From contig OX597818.1 of the NCBI GenBank assembly GCA_951406725.2, positions 26,536,001 to 26,600,000 on the forward strand: a stretch of DNA of 64,000 nucleotides, in the 5' to 3' direction. Each line of letters begins with the position of its first letter. Within the stretch, counting starts at the first letter, position 1. The notes below the pieces were generated by a model, which searched no databases, was not told the origin of the DNA, and saw only the letters and a program-made list of their open reading frames with translations. Shown in pieces: positions 25,322 to 40,050 of this stretch. The position numbers and the translations under genes are program-made. Source of the stretch: Octopus vulgaris. Taxonomy: Eukaryota.

Positions 25322-27585
25322 TTCATAACTGATTGTACTAGATTCCCTGATCAAACAAAGTAAAGGAAATAAGAAACTGTTCCACTAATATTCTCTTAAA
25401 TTATTGAGAGAAGGTGAAGTCTTATATGATCAAATGTATTATGGAGTGAGTAGTAAATGAAAAAATTTAGTTAAAACTTTTCTTATGAGTAACTATTGGC
25501 ACATATTTACTCATCTCATGCCACCATGCACATGTCATTGTAGTTTTATAAACAGTATTAACATATCAGTATAGTATTAGTCACAGTCTAGTAAGATTGC
25601 TCTGAATGTTGCTATCATTTTTTTGTTTTTGTTTTTTTTTTAATCTCCATCACCATTAGAATAATTCATTTTTTTAAAGTAATATTTGCCTCTCTTCTTT
25701 CCTTCTGAGACAGCAAATATCTATTTCTTTGTTTTATCAATAACTGCTTTATTGATAAAAATATTGACTTATCATTGTCTGTCTGTTTTGCTTTATTTCA
25801 ATAAATGCTATTATGACATCCAGATTCTTCTGATCTCTTTTGTATATATGCTCTTGAATTTAGATAGCTTCTATAAAGAACCTTTGGGAGGACATGCATA
25901 AAGTAGTTTTGCTTTGTTTACAAGGATATGTTTGTATATGTTGTAATAACTCTTAAACATCAACAACTTTGGAAGGGTATGCACTGAACTCTGATTTCAT
26001 GGCTTGAACCATAAGAGATATATATCTGCTCCTGGATGGGACCCCAGCCTATCAGCAGTAATATTCCCAAATGATCTGGTACCTATTCCTGATAGTTTGG
26101 TGAACTGAGGGAATGTGGAATAAAGTATTTTTTCCTTCCAGAACATATGACATATTTTGAACTTTCAATGCATAAGCAAGTTGCCCCATACTTTAATTCT
26201 ATGACCACCATACTTTTATGGGTGTATTCCAAGAATGTTCATCATTTATCTCCCTCCATTTTTAAAATACTTTCATTTTTTGTAAGGTGGCAAAGGTTGG
26301 AGGCTTATCTTCTGGAATGATTTGCAAATCAAATTTCTGTTATTTTGTAGGCTAACTCATCAAGATTTATACTGAATCACTTAGTCACATAATCAAGTGT
26401 TGTAATGACAATTGTTAGAAATATGAAGTCATTACCCATGTATAGGATTCATTCTTTATTTGTAAATTTTTTGTTTTTCAATTGTCTTGGAAGTAACATT
26501 TCCAGCTGGATATGTTTCCTATTGTGTGTCATGTGTGGATGAGATATAGAAGGAGGAGAAAGAAAGAGAGAAAAGGAAGAGAGAGAGAGAGTTCATCTTA
26601 GAGTCAAAATAAGAAATCTTATTTTGGATTCCAAACTATTGTGTTATTATTATTATCACTGCCATCGGTAGGTCTCATTTGGATTTACTTGATAGAAGTT
26701 GTGAATAAATAAGACATTTAACATACCTAGATATAACTATCTCATCTATAGTGTGAGCAAGTTGGCATAATAACTGAAATAATATTAGTCAATGGTTAAC
26801 ATTATTTTTGTTTCTTTTTTTTTTAGTTCATTGTTTAATTATATTTAGTTATTTCTTAATGCTCTTTGCATTAAATTTGTTAATACCAACTTAACTATTG
26901 CTTTTTCCATGGATGGCATCTCTGAGTAATTTATTCTTTAAAATTTCTATTTTTTTGTGCCAACTAGTGCACATTATTATGTATTTATATAGTGATTCTT
27001 TCATCACTACTTTTGAAGGTATAGTGATGACTATGCTTTGGTGATGAGCTCATAATAATATTGAAACATGTCCAGAGTCATCTCCTTAAAATTATATTAG
27101 TCAATGATTATTATAATTTGTTTTCCATTTCTACTTTATTATTTGCAGTTAGCTTTTTAATTTTCTCAGCATTAAATACGTTAACACTAAGTTAACTTAT
27201 CATGATTTAAGCCTTTAAAATAGTAACCAATTTTCATAACATTAGGTTGTTTTGTAGGGGAAGCTTCAGCTACTAAATTGAACAGAGTGAGTCACTACAC
27301 AAAACTTCCCTTTTTGGATTGTGTTAATCCATAGATTTTATAAGCAAAGACTTACATGAGCTTCATTGAAGTTCCTGGCTTTGAATTATTGCTTAATCCA
27401 ATACAGTTGTGTAATTAGTACTTTTATTTTTTTGTCTTTTATTTAGTGTACTGTCATCCTTCAAAGGATTCCTGTGCGTTAACAGACCATTCCTCACATT
27501 AAAAAAAAACAAAAACATTTATGGCCATTGTACTCCCTGGAGTTCAATGGCTGTAGCAAGGTTAAAATTTATGAATATATATATA

Positions 27586-28500
27586 CTAGCAGTATCGCCC
27601 GGCGTTGCTCGGGTTTGTAAGGGAAATAACTATATAAGCATTTTTAGTGAGTTATAGCAAAAAAATAGCTAAAAATGCATTAAAAATGGAATAAAAAATT
27701 ATGGTAATTTTTTTTTTAAATCATTGACTTATCATAGACATTTTTAGAGAGTTACTTCCCTTATATAATAGCGAAAAATGCATTAAAATGGAATAAAAAA
27801 TGATGGTAATTTTTTTTTAAATCGTAGACTCATCGTAGACACGCACTAATACCCAGAAGGGCTCGATATGAATCACGACTATAAGATAACCGGTTTTGGT
27901 TACACTGCACCGCAAAATGTGGGAGTAGTTAGGAATCTAAATCATAGGAGACAGACACACAACCATACTTTTATATATAAAGATTTGTGCAACAACTAAA
28001 ACATTCGGTTGTGCAAATTGTATGCACAGGAAACCTGACCTGTGTGGCGGTTATTGCCGTTTTTGTGGATCTGTTTCAGCTTTTTTAGCGATTTCTGTTT
28101 TGGCGACTTCAAGCCATGAAGTCGTTGTTCTAAAAGAACGCTGGTCTCCTTGACAACACATTACGACGTTGATTTCCTTACACTCCCTTCCCCACAGCTT
28201 CACGAGAGAGGGAAGAAGGGGGAGAAGCAACAGAGGTGCAGCTGTGAGCGTGGACGCCAACTCCGCCGCCATCGACACACGAAAAAATATGCATTAAAAT
28301 GGAATAAAAAAATGATGTTAAATTATTTTTTAAATCGTAGACTCATCGTAGACGCTCGCTAATACCCAGACGGGCTCGATATGAATCACGACTATAAGAT
28401 ACCCGAATTTGGTTAAACTGCACCGCAAAATGTGGGAGTAGTTAGGAATCTAAATCGAAGGGGACAGACACTCACACAACTACAGTTTTATATATATAGA
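27586..28500 (-). mobile_element. Non-autonomous Helitron with duplicated 5' end
   Basis: Minus strand: A|TC at 28500, subterminal hairpin CCCGAGCAACGCCGGG (27598-27613), CTAG|T at 27586. A second TC-TTTATATATAAAAG 5' end lies at 27983. Internal duplication ~27770-27983 / ~28280-28500. Confidence 0.9.
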
Positions 28501-28642
28501 TATTCAGTCATTTAGCTTTGGGAGTCATTGAGTCTCAATTTCAAACTTAATTATTGTAATTTACTTATGATTTTTGTATTTTAAAATCAGTTGCTGATTG
28601 TTCTGTGGAAATTTTTGCTTTTTAATTAAATTGTTAATAAAG

Positions 28643-28706
28643 TTAATAAATTATTAACTACAATTTAATTTAATACTTTTCTCTTTTTTTTTTTTTGCAG
28701 GTAAGT
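28643..28706 (+). other. Juxtaposed 3' and 5' splice sites (candidate recursive splice site / ratchet point)
   Basis: AG-free zone 28643-28698, branch-point-like ATTAAC/TTTAAT, 21 consecutive pyrimidines (28676-28696), GCAG (28697-28700), then immediately GTAAGT (28701-28706). Confidence 0.6.
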
Positions 28707-28899
28707 TTACAAGATTAATACAAGAACAATAACAACCCCCCCCCCCCCAAAACAGCAGAACATTTTATAAGAAATTCTTCTTTGGTAACTATAATGATAT
28801 GCAAATAAATTACTCTCTGTATCTTAGAGAAGAACTATTGTTTGATGTCATTGAATGATGAAAATTTAGTGAATCTTGGGTAAAGCTCAGCCCGGCAAT

Positions 28900-29530
28900 T
28901 TGTTACTGAAATATTAATCTCTATGTTCACCATAATAGACCCTCAATTATATGATGGTCAAGCATTTGGACCAATTGCGAGTACTATCTTGTCATATGCT
29001 GATCATGTCTAAGGAGGGTGAGGTACAATGGTATTTCTTTGGTATGAGTTGTGCTTTATTTTTCTGAGTCAATATTGGCATGATACTGCATTGGAGGATA
29101 TTTTCAAAGTCCTTGTTCATGGAGTCAGTGCAGGTTTAGTATTAGATGTTTAGATTGCAAGTGTCTGATACTTGGGTGCAAACAGTTTTAGTGGAATGAA
29201 GGGTGGTGTCATCTGCATAATAGTGCACATTGCTGGGGAGAGGGGTGATTCCAAGTAAATCATTGATATATATGAAGAGGAGTGTGAAGGACAGAACTAA
29301 ACCCTGAGGCACACCAGAGTTAACAGGGAGAACTTCATCAGTAAAGTCTGCAATAGCATGAGCTGACAGGAAGATACCAATGCAAGTGATGAGAAATGGA
29401 TAGAGCCCATAGATGGGCAGATTTGTTTGGAGTTTCATGTGCCAAACATAGTCAACAGCTTTGCTGATGTTGATGATATCAACACTGTTTTCACCAAATT
29501 TCTCTAAAATGAAAGCCCACTAATGTGACA
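28900..29530 (-). mobile_element. CR1/L2-group LINE RT relic
   Basis: EKFGENSVDIINISKAVDYVWH, VNSGVPQGLVLSFTLLFIYINDLL and VHYYADDTTL. An upstream piece, PIVMKLFKKLIL, may lie at ~29750-29975. Confidence 0.9.
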
Positions 29531-30330
29531 TGAGAGAGTAGATATAGCTCTATCTGCTAAATGAAAGTGAGATCTAGTAAGGGAAAATTTATTACATTAG
29601 CATAACCTTTTTATATTCCTGTTAATTTTGTCCCTTATATATGATAGTATTCATTTGATAACCAAGAACATTTATATTGACCCACATGGTATCACCATTA
29701 GGAGTTGAACATTTAAAAATCACCCCACTTCATTTTTCTGAGGCTGATTTCTCTCAACTTGCACATAATGTATAAAGCTGAGAAGGGTAGAAACAATTGA
29801 TTCTTTGTTTAGCTTTCATTATTGTGAGAATTAGTTTTTTGAAGAGCTTCATAACAATAGGTATCAATGGGTTAATTGATTGGGTACTCTTGTGAGTATT
29901 GACAATTTCTTGTTGTTCAAAGCTGATATTCCAGTTACTAATATAATCTACAACTAGAGATTTTGGGTGTGGCAAACCTGAAAAGGATTTTTCTTCTTTT
30001 ATTTCATATATTTTTAAATTTTACTTTAATGCTTATTGATTATTTATAATGGTACAAAACTCCATATTTATAGTGATGAGGTATATAATATAGCATGATG
30101 TTTATACTTTATGAATAACAATGAAACTGAATGACCATAATGAAGAAAACTTAAAATATGATTACCAATATGGCTCTCAAGGGTTTGCTTCAGCTTTTAC
30201 TTTCCTTTCATTATAAATTCAGGGTAGTAGGAAATGCTCTAGAATGCAAGCTGAATTTTGAACAAATTTATTAAGACCTTTAAGAAAGGCATGAGCATCA
30301 TATTTGCTTGTCTGCTTCACGCTTTTACAG

Positions 30331-30372
30331 GAGAGCAGACATGCACTGCATCAATTCAGTCTACTGGAGCAG
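30331..30372 (+). other. Candidate 42-nt cassette exon
   Basis: TTTGCTTGTCTGCTTCACGCTTTTACAG | 42 nt, stop-free in all three frames | CAG/GTGACT. No recognisable homology. Confidence 0.3.
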
Positions 30373-31319
30373 GTGACTAAATATGAGAATTTCTTACCAT
30401 GCCAAATATTCATGATCCTGTTTCAATTCATGGTTGGGATTGTTTCACTTCACTTTCATAGTTTGCTAATGGCAGTATATTTCCCCTTCCTTTAAACTCA
30501 CAGTTTTCATTCCTTTCTTTCCAAGAGACTATTATTAGTTGGGGAAAAAAGAATTGGAAATCACTCTAATCTGATAAAGTTCTGGTGCAAAAGAGGAAAA
30601 AATAGAATCATGGAAATTTTGTGAGTTGAATATTCACCTCAAACTTTTGTATATTGTGTTTGGGACAAACGCTTGTTTAACAGAGGTTTATTGTGTTGTA
30701 GGTTCTAGTGTTTAGCACTAGTTTTATGATTTGAAATAGGTGAGAAATAAATATCCTTCTGGACAGGATGTCAGTCTATTCTAGGTGATCATTATTTAGC
30801 CCAAGGTCATCCATGAATGGGCAAAGCTACAACAGAAACATTTCAGCCATCACCTTCCTGTATTTTTGATCACTTGTTACAGTGCTTGGCAAACAAAATT
30901 ATTCAATGTTTCCTTTTCTTTCAAGACATAGAGTATCATTTGAGGGAGATTTTGCTGTTAATTATTGTAGGTTGATTGATCATTACACAGAGGCTTGCAT
31001 ATTAGCTCATCTATAGTAGGTAACAGGGTGTTTTCTTATTTCATTTATCTTCAAAAGTGCAGAGCAAGAGTACACACATGTGTATGTATGTGTGTGTTAG
31101 TAATTGTGTATCTTGTTACAAACTTCATCTAACAACTCAAGATACAAAATTCTTATTTTTGAATCCTGAACAGAATTTATATCCCTATTGATAAGATAGG
31201 AGAAAATTCATTTTTACCATTTATTATTTCATTATATATGCAAAAACTTTTTGTTTCATCATCACCTGCTATTGTGACCATAAATCGATTTGAATTTCTA
31301 GCAAAGACAAGAACAATTC

Positions 31320-31500
31320 TATTTGTATAATGGAATGCTGTTTGGTTACAGATGAATTTTCACTTTTTCAAAGTGAGAGCATTTGTTCTGTATTTGTTGC
31401 CGTAGTTAGACTTTGAAGAGACTGGAAGCATTTGAGCAGAAATACTTGAATATAGCTTTAAGTGTTAGTGAAGTTAATGAGGTCCAAATGATTGAAACAG
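31320..31500 (+). mobile_element. Very old RTE C-terminal relic
   Basis: TLKRLEAFEQKYLNIALSVSEVNEV resembles the RTE motif KRLEAFExxCLRxILxIxW...VxNEEV. Confidence 0.45.
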
Positions 31501-31944
31501 TTGATTTTGCACAGATTTCTTATTTGTTCCTGCTTTAATAGACGTGGAAAGTGTCATTAGTCACTCATTGGAAAATACTTGATGTTCAATTTTGTTATTT
31601 CATCTCTCTTGGAAATAAATTTGCCTTCACAACACTATATATATCTTTATGTGAGTGTGTGTGCTATTTTTGTGTGTTTGTATGTGTGTGCTATTTTGTA
31701 TGCTTGTGTGTGTGTTTGCATTTAGAAATATGACTGTTTTAAAATATATTTCCAATCTTTCATATTTCCTCAATTTTCATTGTTATCCATAGGTTTTATG
31801 GCCTTTATTTTGTTGTTGTTGTAATTTGGCTTGATCAGTAGTAGTGGGCAGGCCCTCGTTTAGTTACTACTTCTGAGGTTCTGCTAGTTATGAAACATAT
31901 GTAGCCCAGATTTTATCTTCTTCATTCCCTAAATTTGAATTGTA

Positions 31945-33230
<1,286 letters not shown>

Positions 33231-33864
33231 AAGAATTTTTTTCGTGATGAGATAAAAATACCAAGGCTGTGTAGATATTAGCACATTTATAGATATAAGG
33301 TCTTACACTATGTATGTATGCATGCATGCATATATGTATGTGCACAAATGTATCATAATATAGATATTATTCTTTTGAATGTATGTATGCATGTATGTAC
33401 GTACATACGTATGTATCCATCCATCCATCCTTGCTTTGGCAACATGTGATTGTTCTAAACAAGTGTCACCATCATACAAGTGGTGTCCTTCTTTTTCAAC
33501 GTTCTGTGTGTAAACAGGTGAGGGTTGGCGAAAGGAAGAGCATCCAGCCATAGAAAATCTACCTTAACGGATTCCAGTATTTCTGCTGATTTGCTGCACA
33601 ACACCTGGTATATAATATTAACTTGTGTGTAATTAGATTTGTTTAGTGAAATATAATCAGATATCTGTAAATTTTGCAACGGTCTTTATTATTGCCATTT
33701 CAAATATGTTCCTGAGTGCAATAAAATAAAGATGTCAGTGCTCTCTTCCTTGACCTCAGTAGCAACAACTAAGAACTATTGTCTTATAACAGCTAGGTTA
33801 TTTAATGATATAGGACTAATTTATTGTTGTTCCATTGTTGAAATATTATAGATTTATAATGTGA

Positions 33865-35738
<1,874 letters not shown>

Positions 35739-37911
35739 TTTGTCTTGGTTATACTGAATTTTATTATAACAATATTGTGTTTTGTTCTTGCTTGGTTATT
35801 GTAAGAGTTGTTTTAATACAATGAAATAATGTATATACCATTTCAATCATAAGACTTTTCCATGCTATTTTTCTCTTACTTCTCCGTTAATATTTTTTGT
35901 AAATAATCTCCAGAAAATTTGTTTTCTTTTAAGTAGATAAACGTATTTGTGTCAGTTTTTCTTCTTTGTAAGCATTCATTTCTATTCTAGATATGAATGT
36001 ATTTTTCATGTAGAAATGAATTTGGTGAATGAATGAGAAATCATGTTTCAGTCTCCAAGAGAAAGGTTAAAACTTAATTTTTTTAAACAGATAAAAAGAA
36101 GGTAGCTTCTTAAAAGTTAAATTCAAAGTTAAAGAACAGATATATTCAGTGATAAGTGAAGTCTTGTACAAAAGACTGTGTTTAAGAAGAGGATAAAAAA
36201 TATGGTAAGAAATCAAAGTATTCAATATATTAAGGAAACAACTAAATATGTATGCACATGCATGTACACTTGTGACAGTGCAGCTCTAAAAAGAATACAA
36301 AGAATTATATATATGTTGTTAAAGTTATATAGGATAAGTGAAGTTTAGTTAAATAGATTTAATTCATATTCCAATTGATCAAGATTGTACTTGTCTGAAA
36401 GTATACGCAAATGCTATAGACAGAGCAATAAATACTGAAATAAAGTAAGCAAATATTTTAAACCTCTCTATTCTAAATATACTTCATGAATTAATGGGGG
36501 TGAAGATTTTGAGTTTCTGCTCTGCAGTTGTATGTATACAACTTCTTTGTCCTTTTCCATTTGTCCTTCAGTTTTCTTCTTAATAACTATTCTTTCCTAA
36601 ATTTTCACTTGGCATGCTCTATATGAACTGTGAGATAAAGTTGTGAAAGCCGGTGGAGCATATGTTTTGCATTACTTTTGTATGTACCATTATAGAGTAT
36701 CCTCACTTTTGTTAATGACGTTTCTCAGTAGAAGGCTATAGTTAGAGAATGACTATTTTAGGAAAAAAGCATGATAGCCAAGACAGGAGTTTAGTGAAGA
36801 ATGATGGGCTTAATTAGACAAGCAATTTCAACAATACTTAGGTTGTCAAGAACATAGAAATTGACTATTATAACTGAAATGGATAGTTTTATAATTGTTA
36901 CATTTATTCATAAAAGCAAAGTAAACAACAGATAAATTTTCTAGACAGAGTAGTTGTTCTGTTCTATATTGTTTTGCTAGAATAAAGGTAGATGTTATAT
37001 GAAGGAGGATGTAAATTTCAATGAAATTTATTGTTAGTTGGAAACAAAGTGCCTTCAATTATAATTATGTTCTCTGACTGTTTAAATTTCATGCAACTTC
37101 ATGCATATTTTTACAACTGGCATAAACTAGCAAGTTGTTGACATCAGTTTGTGAGTTATTGACACTTACTAAGTTCTGATATAAATAGAATTTTTAAACA
37201 GTCAAGCCTTCTCTTCAATCTCACTTAGTCTCTTAATTATGAATTAATTAGCTTTCATTAGCTACTCATTTGCTCTTTATGTACTTATGCATAAGCCCTA
37301 TTTATTAAGTTTTATTTCACATCTACTATACATAGTGTTGTAGAGGTGATTCATTAGTATTACAAGATTTTGAGTAGCAACCACAAATTTCATAGAACTT
37401 AAATTCATACTTAACTTGTTTAGTATTGCTTTTTTTTTTACTCTGCAGAGTATGATGTTGTTTAACTCCAAGTCACTTATGATCCAGAAAACCTATGATC
37501 AAAAAGGTCTTCTAATCATCTTTTTTTTTTCAAACACTGTAATCTAAAACTACATCAATCAGTGTACCCTTCCTTTTCTATGTTTGACAGAATGTCATTT
37601 TAGGGAGATTTGGCATCTGTGTCTAGAAGATTGAACAAATGCATAGAGGATCACTCATTGATTTTCCACTCTATACAACTATAGTTTTAGTAACTATCTT
37701 AATTACAGAGTGTACTGTTTATATTGCATATCATTGCCATCATCAGTGTTTTACATTCACTTTCCATGCTGGCATGGGTTGGACAGTTTTTCTAAGATGA
37801 TCTTTTACAGCCAGATGCCCATTATTGTTGCCAACTTTTGTATCACCTCCTTACAAAACTTTAGGAATGCAGTGTATTTATTCTAAATCCAGGATACACA
37901 TGGATATAGAT

Positions 37912-38576
37912 ATCATCATCATCATCATCTTTTAACACCCACTTTCCATGCTGGCATAGGTTGGACAGTTTGACTGAGGACTGGCGAGCCGTATGGCTGC
38001 ACCAGGCTCCAATCTGATCTGGCAGAGCTGGATGCCCTTCCTAACGCCAACCACTCTGAAAGTGTTGTGGGTGCTTTTATGTGTCACGGGTATGCGGGCC
38101 AGTCAGGTGGTACTGGCAATGACCACGCACAAATGGTGTTTTTACGTGCCACCTGAACAGGAGCCAGTCCAGTGGTACTGGCAACGACCTCGCTCAAATG
38201 TTGTTTTTCACAAGCCACCAGCTCAAGCGCCAGTAAGGTGACGCTGGTAATAATCACTCTTGAATGGCACGGGAGCTAGTCAGCGGCCCTGGCAATGATC
38301 ATGCTTGGATAGTACTCTTAGCACTCCACTAGTACAGATGCCAGTCATGCAGTGCTGTCATTGAATTTTATTTTGATTTCACCTGTTTCAACAGGTCTTC
38401 ACAAGTAGAGTTTAGTGTCCAATGAAAGAAAGGTATGCATAAGTGGGCTGGTTACACCACTGACATAGGCCACAGGTTATGGTCTCACTTGGCTTGTTGG
38501 GTCTTCTCAAGCACAGTATATTTCCAAAGGGCTCGTCACTTCAACATAGGCCTCGGTGAGGCCTATGTTGAAGTGA
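37912..38576 (-). mobile_element. RTE-type LINE 3' UTR fragment
   Basis: (CAT)n tail, TTTCCATGCTGGCATAGGTTGG, and internal imperfect ~60-bp repeats. A ~153-bp part (38316-38468) is repeated at 38779-38932. Confidence 0.85.
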
Positions 38577-38959
38577 AAAAATCTGAGTAGACATGCATTG
38601 GGTTACATGCTATTAAGCATACCTATTATTTCACTGTTGATCTTAACATCTTAGCATGTGAAATTTGGTTTGCAAGATTGATATTATAGGCTGAACAGAC
38701 TGTGGCTACTGATAGAGTGTTAACCAGACATCAGTTCAAGTCTTATCAGTAGTAGGGCTGACTTAAAAGTATTGTAGGCTCTTAGCACTCCACTAGCACA
38801 GATGCCAGTCATGCGGTGCTGTCATTGAATTTGATTTTGATTTCACTTGCCTCAACAGGTCTTCGCAAGCAGAGTTTAGTGTCTAATGAAGGAAAGGTAC
38901 GCATAAGTGGGCTGGTTACACCACTGACATAGGAAGTTATTCTATTTATTGACATCATT

Positions 38960-40050
38960 GTCTGCTGTGGCATGGTTTCTACAGCTGGATGTCCTTCCTA
39001 ATGCCAACCATTTAACAGTGTGTGCTGGGTGCTTTTTACATGCCACCAGCATGGGTGCATTTATGCAGCACTGACATAGCTTTTTATCTGGCATCAGCAC
39101 CTAAAAGGATAAGCCTGTATGTGTGGAGGACAATGACTTTACTTAGCTTGACACTTCTTATTTCTATAGCTTTTACTTACTTCAATCATTGGACTGTGGC
39201 CTTGCTGGGGCACCACCTTGAAGAGTTTAGTCAAATAATTTGATACCAGTACCTATTTTTAAGCCTGGTATTTATTCTATTGGTTTCTTTTGTCAAATCC
39301 CTAAGTTATGGAACTGTAAACAAATGAACACAAGTTGTCAAGTAGGAAACAAGCTTCTTACCACACAGCCATGCATGTGTCAACCTTTTATCTTTTACTT
39401 GTTTCAGTCATTAGACTGCAGCCATGTTGAGGTACTAGCTCGAAGAGTTTTAGCCAAATGAATCCTACAGTGCTTTTTTTTTTTTTGAAGCTTACTACTT
39501 ATTATACCATTCTCTTTTGCCAAACTGTTAAGTTACAAGGACATAAACAAACCAACACAGGTTGTCAGGTGATGGAGGGGACAAACACACACACACACAC
39601 ATATGACAGGCTTCCTCCAGTTTCTTATTTCTTTATTGCTCACAAGAAGCTAAACATAGAGGGGACAAACAAGGACAGACAAACGGATTAAGTTGATTGC
39701 ATCAACCCCAGTGCGTAACTGGTACTTCGTTTATTGGCCCTGAAAGGATGAAAGGCAAAGTCGACCTCAGCGGAATTTGAACTTAGAACGTAACTGCAGA
39801 CGAAATACCACTAAGCATTTTGCCCGGCATGCTAACATTTCTGCCAGCTCGCTGCCTTTTTTAGTTCTCAAACAAAAAAATTGGCTTGAAAAGACATATC
39901 TTCATATATTGATAAGTTTCTGTCTACCAAATTCACTCACAATACTTCAGTCAGCCTGAAGCTATAATAGAAGACCAAAGTGCCATGCAGTGGGACTGAA
40001 CCCAGAACCATGTAGTTGGGAAGCAAACTTCTTATCACACCTGTGCCTAT
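38960..40050 (-). mobile_element. Cluster of nested SINE A, SINE B and RTE-tail fragments
   Basis: A full SINE B at ~39624-39857 lies inside SINE A pieces (39390-39620, 39915-40050). Further tails at 38960-39345. Confidence 0.8.

Noticed and set aside
30073-30130. Box C (GTGATGA) and box D (CTGA) pair, C/D snoRNA-like
   Set aside because: No terminal stem, and an AT-rich interior with no rRNA-complementary guide I can recognise. Such pairs are common by chance.
36705-36760. SECIS-like ATGA...AA...TGA arrangement
   Set aside because: Only about 8 of 11 helix-II positions pair, and there is no selenoprotein exon or 3' UTR context.
37425-37456. (T)n-CTCTGCAG-A-GTATGA, plus similar near-juxtaposed sites at ~52490 and ~55998
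   Set aside because: These would need 1-4 nt exons with weaker donors. Much poorer than the 28700 junction.
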